The translations under genes were made by a program, and so were the position numbers. Below are positions 1 through 9,653 of a stretch of DNA of 44,944 nucleotides, piece after piece. How positions within the stretch are numbered: the stretch's first letter is position 1; the number at the start of each line of letters is the position of its first letter. The stretch comes from an uncultured Arcobacter sp. (GTDB lineage Bacteria > Campylobacterota > Campylobacteria > Campylobacterales > Arcobacteraceae): NCBI GenBank assembly GCA_937860115.1, contig CALMBI010000091.1, positions 1 to 44,944 on the forward strand, written 5' to 3'. The notes under the pieces are model-generated. The model searched no databases, was not told the origin of the DNA, and worked only from the letters and a program-made list of their open reading frames with translations.

Positions 1-566
1 TTTTCAGTCGAATAAAGTGGTGTGAGGTTGTCAAATAGTGGTCTATTTTTTGCTTCATTCACAGGAAGATAATTGATAGCTTCAATTTTTAAAAGAGCAT
101 AATACTTTTCACTCTCTTTACTAGGTGGTCTTACTTGTCCACTTACAATATCTCCATTTCTAAGTGCAAATCTTTTAATTTGTGTAGCACTTACATAAGA
201 GTCATTTGAAGTATCGCTAAAGTTTCCATCAAGGGCTCTTAAAAATCCAAATCCACCCTCTTTAATATCTAAGATACCTGTAAAGAGTACATATCCCCCA
301 GCAGTTGTTTGGCTTGATAGGATAGCAAAAATGAGATCTTGTCTCATAAGTTCTTGTGGATTTTCAATCTCAAGATCTTTTGCAATAACTATAAGTTCAT
401 CAGTTGGTTTAGCTCTTAAATCATCAATAGTAAGTCCAGTTACTGGAACATGTGTTCGATTTTTTGCTTTGTGGTTGTTATTGTTTTTTGATTGTTTTTT
501 TTCAACAACTTGTTGTTCTTCATTGTTTTGTGATTGTTCAATATTCTCTGATGTTTCTTCTGTCAT
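1..566 (-). CDS. rho: Transcription termination factor Rho, N-terminal part (gene runs off the left edge)
   Basis: My translation of the minus strand from ATG 566..564 gives [11 protein letters not shown]...[43 protein letters not shown]...[13 protein letters not shown]...[45 protein letters not shown]...[10 protein letters not shown]. This is colinear with the Rho_N and RNA-binding domains of E. coli Rho. It is absent from the ORF track because it is open at the window edge. An in-frame ATG at 611 is an alternative start. Confidence 0.85.
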   Translation of the reverse strand, partial: MTEETSENIEQSQNNEEQQVVEKKQSKNNNNHKAKNRTHVPVTGLTIDDLRAKPTDELIVIAKDLEIENPQELMRQDLIFAILSSQTTAGGYVLFTGILDIKEGGFGFLRALDGNFSDTSNDSYVSATQIKRFALRNGDIVSGQVRPPSKESEKYYALLKIEAINYLPVNEAKNRPLFDNLTPLYSTE

Positions 567-759
567 ATTTGATTGTGGACCTTTTGTAAGATTTTGTAGT
601 AAGCAGTACATCTAATACCAAATTAAACAAAGAACTACTATTTCTTTCATTTGATATAAGTAAGACATGTAACTTTTTAGTGATAAAATTATAGCAAAGA
701 AAACTAAAAGATATTCAATAAATTAAATTTAACTTTTTTAATTTGAAAATATAGTGAGT

Positions 760-1815
760 TTATTCTAAAAACAGAGCAATCTCATCACTAAGTAAAAAAT
801 TTTTATTAAAGAGGGTATCATTTAAGATGGTGATTTTGTCTTCTTTATAGAGGATCTCTATTTGTTTTTTTTGTTTTTCATTAAATAGTGACATAGGTAC
901 TCCAACTAAACTTCTTAAGCCTAAAAAAATTTTTTCAAATTTTTTATCATCAGTACTCAAATTTTCAATCTCTTGATACATGAGAGGATCATTAATATAA
1001 GCTTGCACATCTTTTGTGGGATAATATCTTTGATTTCCAATCGATCCAACTGCTCCAGCACCAACTCCCAAATAATCTTCCCCCTCCCAATATCCAAAAT
1101 TATGTTTACTTCTTGAATCGGGACCTTTCCTAAAATTAGAGATCTCATATTGCGAAAAGCCAAAAGAACACAATCTATCAAATATATAACTCGCCATATC
1201 TATATCTTCAATTTTTACTTCAGGGCGATTGTAAAATTTTGTACCTTCTTCAATTGTGAGGCTATATGCGCTAATATGATCAATGGGTAGAGTTTTGATA
1301 ATATTTAAATCATTATCTATTAATTCTTTTGTATCTATTGCAGTATCATAGATAAGATCAATATTTATATGACAAAATCCTACATTAGAAGCTAATTTGA
1401 CACAATCAATCGCTTGTTGCTTATTGTGATTTCTTCCTAAGAATTTGAGTTTTGTATCATCAAAACTTTGCACTCCAAAACTTATACGATTGACTCCTAG
1501 ATTTTTTACATGAGTAAGCCACTCTAGTGTAGTTGAATTTGGATTTGCTTCTATTGTGATCTCTGTAGTATTATCTATCCAATCTTGTAACGTTTCAAAG
1601 AGAGGATTATAAAGTTTTGCTTCAATGCTACTTGGTGTCCCTCCACCTATAAATATTGATTTTAAAGGCTCTTTTGTCTTCTTTAGCTCTTCTGTAAGCT
1701 GCGTATGGAGCGCTTTCATATAGTCAGATTTGAGATGAAAAAGAGTTGTGTAAGAGTTAAATGAACAATAAAAACATTTGCTATCACAAAATGGTATATG
1801 AATGTATAAAAGCAA
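760..1815 (-). CDS. hemW: Radical SAM HemN-like protein (HemW-type heme chaperone / coproporphyrinogen III oxidase-like)
   Basis: 351 aa. The N-terminus LYIHIPFCDSKCFYCSF carries the CxxxCxxC radical SAM motif. GGGTPS follows, and the size is HemW-like rather than that of a full HemN. Confidence 0.85.
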   Translation of the reverse strand: MLLYIHIPFCDSKCFYCSFNSYTTLFHLKSDYMKALHTQLTEELKKTKEPLKSIFIGGGTPSSIEAKLYNPLFETLQDWIDNTTEITIEANPNSTTLEWLTHVKNLGVNRISFGVQSFDDTKLKFLGRNHNKQQAIDCVKLASNVGFCHINIDLIYDTAIDTKELIDNDLNIIKTLPIDHISAYSLTIEEGTKFYNRPEVKIEDIDMASYIFDRLCSFGFSQYEISNFRKGPDSRSKHNFGYWEGEDYLGVGAGAVGSIGNQRYYPTKDVQAYINDPLMYQEIENLSTDDKKFEKIFLGLRSLVGVPMSLFNEKQKKQIEILYKEDKITILNDTLFNKNFLLSDEIALFLE

Positions 1816-1903
1816 TTTAAAAGTATCCTTTTGGTAGTATATCCCTCATAAGGACATAGTAAAAAATTATAAATGTCTGATGATTATAAGGTAAAAAAAT
1901 TAA

Positions 1904-2377
1904 ATGGAACATAAACAGAAGAATTATAGGCCAAACGTAGCGGCTATAGTACTAAGTAGTTCGTATCCATTAAAGTGTGAAATTTTAATAGCTTCAAGAG
2001 TTGATATAAAAGATGCATGGCAATTCCCACAAGGTGGGATAGATGCTGGGGAGACTCCTCAAGAAGCACTCTTTAGAGAACTAAAAGAGGAAATAGGAAC
2101 AGATGAAGTAGAGATCATAGCTGAATATCCAGGATGGGTAAGTTATGATTTTCCACCATCTGTTGCAAAAAATATGGCACCGTATGATGGACAAACACAA
2201 AAGTATTATTTAGTAAAATTAAAAAAAGGTGCAGTTGTTAATATAGCAACGGAGATACCAGAGTTTAGTGAATATAAATTTGTAAGGAGAAGTAGGTTAA
2301 ACGAATACATTACATTTTTTAAAAGAACAGTTTACAAAAAAGTATTAAAATATTTTAAACAAGAGGGTTACATATAA
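1904..2377 (+). CDS. rppH: RNA pyrophosphohydrolase (Nudix)
   Basis: 157 aa. KNYRPNVAAIV N-terminus and Nudix box GGIDAGETPQEALFRELKEEIG. The stop overlaps the lysC start by 1 nt. Confidence 0.85.
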   Translation: MEHKQKNYRPNVAAIVLSSSYPLKCEILIASRVDIKDAWQFPQGGIDAGETPQEALFRELKEEIGTDEVEIIAEYPGWVSYDFPPSVAKNMAPYDGQTQKYYLVKLKKGAVVNIATEIPEFSEYKFVRRSRLNEYITFFKRTVYKKVLKYFKQEGYI

Positions 2378-3588
2378 TGTTAAGAGTTTTAAAGTTTGGT
2401 GGAACAAGTGTTGGAACACTTGAAAGAATTGGAAATGTTGCAAATATCGTAAAAAAGATGAGAGATAATGGTGATGATTTAGTAGTTGTAGTAAGTGCTA
2501 TGAGTGGTGAAACAAATAAACTTATAGACTATGCAAAACACTATAGTGAAACACCAAATGAAAGAGAACTTGATATGCTTTTAAGTTCAGGTGAAAGAGT
2601 TACAAGTGCTCTTTTATCAATTGCTTTAAACGAGCAAGGATATAAAGCTATATCTATGAGTGGGAGAGAAGCAGGAATCTATACTACAAATGAATACACT
2701 TATGCAAGAATCGAAAAGATTGAAACGGCAAATATGGAAAATGCAATCAAAAATGGTGAGATTATCATTGTTGCTGGTTTTCAAGGAGTGAGTGTTGATG
2801 GAAATAGAGTAACTACACTAGGAAGAGGTGGAAGTGACCTTACAGCTGTTGCATTAGCTGGTGCACTAAAAGCAGACATTTGTGAGATTTATACAGATGT
2901 TGATGGAATCTATACAACTGATCCAAGAATAGAACCACGTGCTAAAAAAATGGACAAAATCTCATATGATGAGATGTTAGAACTTGCTTCACTTGGAGCA
3001 AAAGTATTACAAAATAGAAGTGTTGAGATGGCAAAAAAACTCAATGTTAATCTCGTTTCAAGAAGCTCATTCACACCTGATGTTGAAGGGACATTAATCA
3101 CAAAGGAAGAAAATATTATGGAAGCACCAGTAGTAAGCGGTATAGCATTAGATAAAAATCAAGTTAGAGTTGGAATGTATGGAGTTATGGATAAACCAGG
3201 GATCGCTTCATCAATTTTCACAGCGTTAGCAGATGCAAATATCAATGTAGATATGATTGTACAAACACTTTCAAATGATGGAAGAACAAATCTTGATTTT
3301 ACAATCCCAGTTGGTGATCTTATTAAGACAAAAAATCTTATGGAACAGTTTAAAAATGATGTTGAAAAAATTGATTACAATGAAGCGATTGCTAAAGTTT
3401 CAGTAGTTGGAGTAGGGATGAAATCTCATACTGGTGTAGCTTCAAAAGCATTTTCAGCTTTAGCCAATGAAAATATCAATATCAAAATGATAAGTACAAG
3501 TGAGATTAAAATCTCTCTTGTGATTGATGAAAAATATAGTGAATTAGCGGTTCGAGCACTACACGAAGCATACGAATTAGATAAATAA
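2377..3588 (+). CDS. lysC: Aspartate kinase
   Basis: 403 aa. LKFGGTSVG kinase N-terminus, TLGRGGSD motif and two ACT-like C-terminal repeats. Confidence 0.95.
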   Translation: MLRVLKFGGTSVGTLERIGNVANIVKKMRDNGDDLVVVVSAMSGETNKLIDYAKHYSETPNERELDMLLSSGERVTSALLSIALNEQGYKAISMSGREAGIYTTNEYTYARIEKIETANMENAIKNGEIIIVAGFQGVSVDGNRVTTLGRGGSDLTAVALAGALKADICEIYTDVDGIYTTDPRIEPRAKKMDKISYDEMLELASLGAKVLQNRSVEMAKKLNVNLVSRSSFTPDVEGTLITKEENIMEAPVVSGIALDKNQVRVGMYGVMDKPGIASSIFTALADANINVDMIVQTLSNDGRTNLDFTIPVGDLIKTKNLMEQFKNDVEKIDYNEAIAKVSVVGVGMKSHTGVASKAFSALANENINIKMISTSEIKISLVIDEKYSELAVRALHEAYELDK

Positions 3589-3604
3589 TTTTATAGGAAT
3601 AATT

Positions 3605-4156
3605 TTGCAAGAATTTACAAATTGGACAGTAAAAACAATTAGGGAAGACAAATATATCGGCTCTTGGATGGAGGAGCGAAAATTTGATTGGATCCCAATA
3701 GTTGCAAAAACTATCACAAATATTGTTGATCGTGGTAAATCTGTCCTTGTCGTGACTGATGATGATAGAGAATGGTTCTTGCATTATATATTTAATAAAA
3801 TTAACTCACCAAAAAACAATCGACCTTTTTTACCATTTTATGATTTTGCAAGTATGATCAAAAGCACGCACAAACTTACAAGTGATGATGATTTAGAACT
3901 TATTAAAGATATGCTTGATATCTCATTTCCAAATGGATATATTTTTTGGTATATAGGAAGAAGTCAAAGTACAAAAGCTATTTTGCCAAAAGTATCTAAT
4001 AACTCTTTTTTATGGCTTTTTGATGAGGATGTTCAAAATAGTTTTAATCTAAAAAGCAATGATGAAACACTCGATATGAAATTATTACAACTTTATAGAT
4101 TATTTGATAAAACTATCGAAGCTACACTTTTTGCTCAAATTGAGGTTGATAAGTAG
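3605..4156 (+). CDS. hobA: HobA-like DnaA initiator-associating protein
   Basis: 183 aa with a TTG start. Motifs EWFLHYIFNKIN, SFLWLFDED and LDMKLLQLYRLFD match H. pylori HobA (HP1230) as I recall it. The position between lysC and holB-folP is identical to HP1229-HP1232. Confidence 0.75.
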   Translation: MQEFTNWTVKTIREDKYIGSWMEERKFDWIPIVAKTITNIVDRGKSVLVVTDDDREWFLHYIFNKINSPKNNRPFLPFYDFASMIKSTHKLTSDDDLELIKDMLDISFPNGYIFWYIGRSQSTKAILPKVSNNSFLWLFDEDVQNSFNLKSNDETLDMKLLQLYRLFDKTIEATLFAQIEVDK

Positions 4157-4777
4157 ATGACTTTTCTCTCATCAACTATTTTAATAGTGAATGATGTTGA
4201 GGAGAGTGCTCTTCAAGTTGCATCAACTTTACCAAAACACGATGTTAGAATCATCAAAAATGAAGAAGAGGGGAAAAAAGATTTTCTTATCCTTCATGCA
4301 AAACAAGTGGTAAAAGAAGCATACATAGCAAGTGAACGAACAAAATATATTATTTTTTGTGGTGAAGCGTTTACCGTAGAAGCACAAAATTCACTTTTAA
4401 AAATACTAGAAGAACCACCAAAAAATGTTGTGTTTATAATGATCACTAATAGTAAAAGTGGGATTTTAAAAACTATTTTCTCACGTCTTCCACATCATTA
4501 TCTAAAAACAAAAAAACAAAGGATGAGTCTTTCTTTGGATCTAGCTAAAATGGAGCTCAAAGATATTTATCAATTTATAAAAGAGCATCAAAGAATAGGT
4601 AAAAGCGAAGCAAAAGAGCTTATCGAATCTCTACTTGTGAGTGCAAATGAAAAAAAAATAAAATTGACAAGTAAAGAATTAGAAAGTTTTTCTGTTGCTA
4701 TGAAATTATGTGAACTCAACTCTAGACCTATCAATATTTTAACAACCCTTTTATTGTCACTTCTCAAAAAAAGATAG
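4157..4777 (+). CDS. holB: DNA polymerase III delta-prime subunit (short epsilonproteobacterial form)
   Basis: 206 aa. AQNSLLKILEEPP and SRL motifs of clamp-loader delta-prime. Synteny with hobA and folP. Confidence 0.75.
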   Translation: MTFLSSTILIVNDVEESALQVASTLPKHDVRIIKNEEEGKKDFLILHAKQVVKEAYIASERTKYIIFCGEAFTVEAQNSLLKILEEPPKNVVFIMITNSKSGILKTIFSRLPHHYLKTKKQRMSLSLDLAKMELKDIYQFIKEHQRIGKSEAKELIESLLVSANEKKIKLTSKELESFSVAMKLCELNSRPINILTTLLLSLLKKR

Positions 4778-4782
4778 ATTAA

Positions 4783-5925
4783 ATGACTATTACAAAAATC
4801 AATCCAAATGATTTGGAAAATTTTTATATCTCTTTAGGAACAGAAAAAGCAGGAGCAAAAATACTTTCTTCTAAATCAAAAATCAATACGATTTTGATAC
4901 AAGGTTTGCATACAGGTGCTGCTAATATTTTAAAGCAAGATGCTCTTTCTATTGGAGCAGATGTAGCAGTTCCAAGAGGAACGATTCTTTTTGAAACACC
5001 AACGGTGGATGTAGTCTTGATTGCTAGTGATAAACATCTCAAAATCTTAGCAAAAAAAGAACTTTCTCAACCCTTTGGATTAAAAAAAGTAGCAAATGCT
5101 TTAGAGAGTTTTGTGACAAAAAAACAACCAAAAACAAAAATTATGGGTGTTTTAAATGCGAATGATGATAGTTTTTTTGAGGGAAGCAGATTTTTAGGGG
5201 ATGATGCTATTGCAAAAATAGAGCAGATGATAGCTGATGGTGCAGAGATTATCGATATAGGGGCAGTTTCTACAAGACCAAATAGTGCTATTGTGGAAGC
5301 TGATGAGGAGCTTAGAAGAATAAAACCTATTTGTGATGCAATTTTAGAGCAAAAAATCTATGAAAAGGTTATTTTTAGTATCGATAGTTTTACCCCAAGT
5401 GTTATTGAGTATGCCCTCAAAAGTGGCTTTAGTATCATCAATGATATCACAGGACTCGCAAATGATGAGGTTTGCAGATTAGCGAAAAAATATGATGTAA
5501 GTGTGGTTATTATGCATATGCAAGGGACTCCGCAAGATATGCAAAAAAATCCGATCTATGATGATGTAGTTTCAGACGTTGATAACTTTTTTGAACAAAG
5601 AATAGCAAAAGCAAAAGAGTTTGGAATAGAGCAAATCATCCTTGATGTAGGGATAGGATTTGGGAAAACTCTCACACATAATCTTTTGCTTTTGCAAAAT
5701 CTTGAACATTTTAAAAGATTTGGATATGAGATACTTTTAGGTGCAAGTAGAAAGTCACTTATAGAGATGATTGTTCCAAATACACCCACAAGTGAGAGGC
5801 TCAGTGGAACTTTAGCAATCCATCTTGATGGGATACGAAAAGGGGCATCAATTATACGATGCCACGATGTAAAAGAGCATTTTCAAGCGATCAAAGTCCA
5901 AGAGGCTATCCAAACTATTGCATAA
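4783..5925 (+). CDS. folP: Dihydropteroate synthase with an N-terminal extension of about 117 aa
   Basis: 380 aa. The pterin-binding domain starts near IMGVLNANDDSFF, with IIDIGAVSTRP and DVGIGFGK motifs. The extension matches the long Helicobacter/Campylobacter FolP form. Confidence 0.9.
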   Translation: MTITKINPNDLENFYISLGTEKAGAKILSSKSKINTILIQGLHTGAANILKQDALSIGADVAVPRGTILFETPTVDVVLIASDKHLKILAKKELSQPFGLKKVANALESFVTKKQPKTKIMGVLNANDDSFFEGSRFLGDDAIAKIEQMIADGAEIIDIGAVSTRPNSAIVEADEELRRIKPICDAILEQKIYEKVIFSIDSFTPSVIEYALKSGFSIINDITGLANDEVCRLAKKYDVSVVIMHMQGTPQDMQKNPIYDDVVSDVDNFFEQRIAKAKEFGIEQIILDVGIGFGKTLTHNLLLLQNLEHFKRFGYEILLGASRKSLIEMIVPNTPTSERLSGTLAIHLDGIRKGASIIRCHDVKEHFQAIKVQEAIQTIA

Positions 5926-5969
5926 ATTTTTTGATATTTTCTTGATATCATTTAGACTATAATCACCAA

Positions 5970-6974
5970 ATGTACAAAAAATATTATTATATCTTTCATT
6001 CGATTTTGATACTTATTGGAATTACATTTGTATCACATTTTTTAATAAATCGGCTTGATATTATCAATATCTCTTTATTGCACCTTATCCCTGTATTGTT
6101 TGTGGCTTTGCATGGTAATATGAAACCCACTTTATTGATTACAATAGTGAGTTTGAGCTTATTTAACTTTTTGTATATTCCACCACTGTATAGCTTTGAT
6201 GTCTATGATACTTTACATATTATTAATTTTCTCATTTTTGCTTTTGTTGGTTGGTTTATAGCAATCCAAGCGAAAAAACTGCAAAAACAAACCAAAGAGA
6301 ATGAGATAAGAGAAAACCTACTCAACATCATCTCTCACGATTTACGAACACCACTTTCTACGATACTGGGAAGCAGTACACTTCTTTTACAAAACAAAAA
6401 TATTGAAGAGAATACAAAATTTGAATTGATAGGGGATATTTACCAGGCTTCTTTACGAATGAAAAGACTTATTTCAAATCTATTAGATAACACAAGACTC
6501 AAAAATGGGGCAACATTGGGATTTGATTGGTGTGATTTTGAAGATATAGTTGGTGTTGCATTAGAAGATTTTTCTGAAACACAAACAGAAAATTTTGAGA
6601 TAAAAATTGATGAATTGGAACTTTTTTGGGGTGATAATGCACTCCTTGTACAGTTAATGAGTAATCTGATTGACAATGCTTTAAAATATTCAAACGATGC
6701 GAAGAGAGTTTCCATAGAACTAAAAAATAATAATGAAAATCTTGATATCACTATTTGGAATTCGAGTGATTTTATAGAACAAAAAAAACTAGAAAATATC
6801 TTTGAAAAATTTTATAGGCTTGAAGATACAAATGATATCATAGGAAGTGGTATTGGGCTATACATTTGTAAGACTATTGTAAAACTTCATGGTGGTACTA
6901 TCAAAGCATCGTATGAAAACGATGGTATCTCTATTCATATTACTCTTCCTAAACACAAAAAGGTTCAAATATGA
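5970..6974 (+). CDS. Sensor histidine kinase, truncated KdpD-like (DUF4118-type membrane domain + HisKA + HATPase only)
   Basis: 334 aa. Four N-terminal TM helices of KdpD membrane-domain type, H-box ISHDLRTPLSTILG, N-box LIDNALKYS and G-box GSGIGLYICK. There is no KdpD N-terminal, Usp or GAF region. A 4-nt ATGA overlap links it to the downstream regulator. Confidence 0.8.
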   Translation: MYKKYYYIFHSILILIGITFVSHFLINRLDIINISLLHLIPVLFVALHGNMKPTLLITIVSLSLFNFLYIPPLYSFDVYDTLHIINFLIFAFVGWFIAIQAKKLQKQTKENEIRENLLNIISHDLRTPLSTILGSSTLLLQNKNIEENTKFELIGDIYQASLRMKRLISNLLDNTRLKNGATLGFDWCDFEDIVGVALEDFSETQTENFEIKIDELELFWGDNALLVQLMSNLIDNALKYSNDAKRVSIELKNNNENLDITIWNSSDFIEQKKLENIFEKFYRLEDTNDIIGSGIGLYICKTIVKLHGGTIKASYENDGISIHITLPKHKKVQI

Positions 6975-7678
6975 TGAAAAGACCGTTGATATTAATTGTT
7001 GAAGATGATGCTTCTGTTAGAAATCTTCTTGAAATTAGTTTTAGGGAATATGAATTTGATACGATAACTACAACAAATCAAGAGAATGCGTATAGATTAT
7101 TTTTAAGCAACAATCCAAACTTGATGATAGTTGATCTTGGATTACCAGATGGTGATGGGAAAGAATTGATAAAAGAGATTAGAGAAGTTTCAAAAGTTTC
7201 TATTATCGTCCTATCTGCTAGACATGATGAAAATGAAATTATTTCAGCGCTTGATTTTGGAGCTGATGATTATATTACAAAGCCATTTTCGCTCAAAGAG
7301 TTGGTAGCTAGAATAAAAACAAATCTACGAAGAGCATCATTACAGATGCAACAAAACAATAGCTCACACTATGGCGAATTTGAAGTAGATTTATTATCAA
7401 AATCTATCTCTTTTAAAGATGAACATCTCAAACTAACACCTATTGAATATGATTTATTAAAATATTTTATTTTAAATTCTGACAAAACTTTAACCCATAG
7501 ACAAATACTGAAAGAGGTTTGGGGAGTTGGCTATCAAAATGAGATGCAATATTTAAGAACCTATGTCAATACCTTACGAAAGAAGATTGAAGTTAATTCG
7601 ACACGACCAAATTATATAAAAACAGAATCTGGAATCGGTTATCGATTTTGTTGTGAGGAAAATAAAGATGGGCTATAA
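6971..7678 (+). CDS. OmpR-family response regulator, KdpE-like
   Basis: 235 aa. LIVEDD, DLGLPDGDG, VLSAR, ADDYITKPF, LTPIEYDLL and TESGIGYRF are close to E. coli KdpE throughout. Confidence 0.85.
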   Translation: MMKRPLILIVEDDASVRNLLEISFREYEFDTITTTNQENAYRLFLSNNPNLMIVDLGLPDGDGKELIKEIREVSKVSIIVLSARHDENEIISALDFGADDYITKPFSLKELVARIKTNLRRASLQMQQNNSSHYGEFEVDLLSKSISFKDEHLKLTPIEYDLLKYFILNSDKTLTHRQILKEVWGVGYQNEMQYLRTYVNTLRKKIEVNSTRPNYIKTESGIGYRFCCEENKDGL

Positions 7679-8996
7679 ATATATCAAAACAATTTTTTTT
7701 GGATATATTATAATAATCTTTTTAGGAGCGATTGGTTTATCTTTACCCATCAGTCGGATTGGAGAACTCTCCTTTATTGATGCTTTGTTTACATCAGCTT
7801 CAGCAACTTGTGTGACTGGACTTATTGTTACGAGTACCTCTGAAAATTTTACATTTTTTGGTGAAGCAATTATCCTTTTTCTTATACAAATTGGTGGAAT
7901 CGGATATATGACTTTGGTAACACTTTTTTTTCTATTTTTGAAAGATGACTTACAGATTGAAGAAAAAAGAGCAATGAAAGAAGCCCTTGATTTGCCTGAT
8001 ATGAAAGCAACATCGAGTTTTATTAAAAAAGTGATCCTTTTTGTACTCCTTATAGAAGTGGTTGGAGCTTTTATTTTAACATTTCGATTTAGTAGTGATT
8101 TTGCATTCGATGAAGCTCTTTGGCATGGTATTTTTCACTCTATTTCTGCTTTTAATAATGCTGGTTTTTCTCTTTTTACAGATAGTATGATGGGATATAA
8201 AAGTGATTTTATAATTTTAAGTGCTTTAATGATTTTAATTGTTCTTGGAGGTATTGGTTATTTTGTTTTGATAGAAATTGGTAGTAAAACGAAGAAAGTT
8301 CATAATTTTTCAGTGCATACAAAAATTATGATTTATGGAACACTTTTTTTGATTTTATTTGGTTTTTTACTTTTTCTATCTATTGAATGGAACAATCCAA
8401 AAACTTTAGGTGAGTTTTCTTTATACGAAAAGATACTCAATAGTTTATTTTTATCGGTTAACTTTAGAACAAGCGGATTTAATAGTATCGATTTTGCTGG
8501 ATTAAAAGATTCTTCTTTATTTTTTTCTACATTTTTTATGATGATTGGAGCAGGAATCGGTGGAACAGCTGGCGGGATAAAAATTACAACTTTTGCAATT
8601 TTACTTGTGGCAGTTGTTTACACCTTAAGACAAGATAATCAAGAGCCAAATATCTTTCAAAGAACAATTGAACAAAAACTTATCAATAAAGCATTAGCAA
8701 TTATTGTAAGTGCTTCTTTACTTGTTTTAATAGCAACCTTGATTTTAGTAGAAACACAAAATTTGCCATTTATGAAGATTTTATTTGAAGTTGTTTCTGC
8801 TTTTGCTACTGTTGGAGTATCTACTGGAAATGGAGGAATTTTAAGTTTTTCTGCACACTTTGATAGCTTTGGAAAAAGTATCATAATTTTACTTATGTTA
8901 GCTGGAAGAATTGGTGTTTTCGCCTTTGGATTTATCTTGGTGGGAAAAGCAAAAACAAAATATATCAAATATCCAAAAGGGAGGATTTTAATTTGA
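7668..8996 (+). CDS. ktrB: K+ transporter membrane subunit, TrkH/KtrB family
   Basis: The ORF is open from 7653. ATG 7668 is preferred because GAGGA lies 9 nt upstream. Selectivity-filter-like glycine motifs VTGL, GGIGY, NAGFS, TSGFN and GVSTGN are present in a multi-TM protein. Confidence 0.85.
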   Translation: MGYKYIKTIFFGYIIIIFLGAIGLSLPISRIGELSFIDALFTSASATCVTGLIVTSTSENFTFFGEAIILFLIQIGGIGYMTLVTLFFLFLKDDLQIEEKRAMKEALDLPDMKATSSFIKKVILFVLLIEVVGAFILTFRFSSDFAFDEALWHGIFHSISAFNNAGFSLFTDSMMGYKSDFIILSALMILIVLGGIGYFVLIEIGSKTKKVHNFSVHTKIMIYGTLFLILFGFLLFLSIEWNNPKTLGEFSLYEKILNSLFLSVNFRTSGFNSIDFAGLKDSSLFFSTFFMMIGAGIGGTAGGIKITTFAILLVAVVYTLRQDNQEPNIFQRTIEQKLINKALAIIVSASLLVLIATLILVETQNLPFMKILFEVVSAFATVGVSTGNGGILSFSAHFDSFGKSIIILLMLAGRIGVFAFGFILVGKAKTKYIKYPKGRILI

Positions 8997-9643
8997 AAAC
9001 ATTTGCCATTATTGGGCTTGGAAAATTTGGCTATCACATAGCAGAAAGCTTGGTGCAACAAAAAGGTATGAATATAATCGCAGTCGATAATGATGAACAT
9101 AAAGTTCAAGAGATAAGTGAACATATCCAAAATGCTTTTGTTTTAGATAGCACCAATCCAAAAGCACTTGAAGAAGCTGGTATCTCAAACCTCGATACGG
9201 TTATTGTAAGTATTGGAGAAAATATAGAAGCGAGTATTTTAACAGTTATGGCTCTTAAAGATTTGGGAAATAAACATATCATTGCAAAAGCAATCACCCC
9301 AACACATGGGGAAATTTTGGCTAAAATTGGTGCTTTTAAAGTTGTTTATCCAGAAAAAGTAGCAGCGAAAAAACTTGTCAAAAATCTTATAGGGGATATA
9401 ACTGTTGATACGATTGATGTGAGTAATCATATCAAAGTGATTAAATTAATTGCAACAGAAAAAATTATTGGTAAGACACTTCATCAAATAGAAGAAGAGA
9501 ATCCAAAAATAAAAGCTATGGCACATAAATTTAATGGTGACTGGAATATATTTGATTCACATAAAGAGATACAAAAAGGGGATATGCTTGCATTTTATGG
9601 TGATAAAATTGATATGGATACCTTTTTTGAAATGATTTTTTAA
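8993..9643 (+). CDS. ktrA: K+ transporter peripheral RCK subunit, TrkA/KtrA family
   Basis: 216 aa. IIGLGKFGYHIAESL Rossmann GxGxxG (RCK_N) plus an RCK_C-like C-terminus. 4-nt overlap with ktrB. Confidence 0.85.
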   Translation: MKTFAIIGLGKFGYHIAESLVQQKGMNIIAVDNDEHKVQEISEHIQNAFVLDSTNPKALEEAGISNLDTVIVSIGENIEASILTVMALKDLGNKHIIAKAITPTHGEILAKIGAFKVVYPEKVAAKKLVKNLIGDITVDTIDVSNHIKVIKLIATEKIIGKTLHQIEEENPKIKAMAHKFNGDWNIFDSHKEIQKGDMLAFYGDKIDMDTFFEMIF

Positions 9644-9653
9644 AGGGTTTTCT

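Noticed and set aside
331-615. 94-aa plus-strand ORF ([14 protein letters not shown]...)
   Set aside because: It is antisense to the clearly recognisable rho coding sequence. It is a Cys/Ser/Phe-rich low-complexity product with no motif, and is best explained as a shadow ORF.
3605-3607. TTG start of hobA versus a downstream ATG
   Set aside because: The TTG start is kept because the N-terminal residues QEFTNW align with the H. pylori HobA N-terminus (KNFYDW) as I recall it. This cannot be verified without an alignment.
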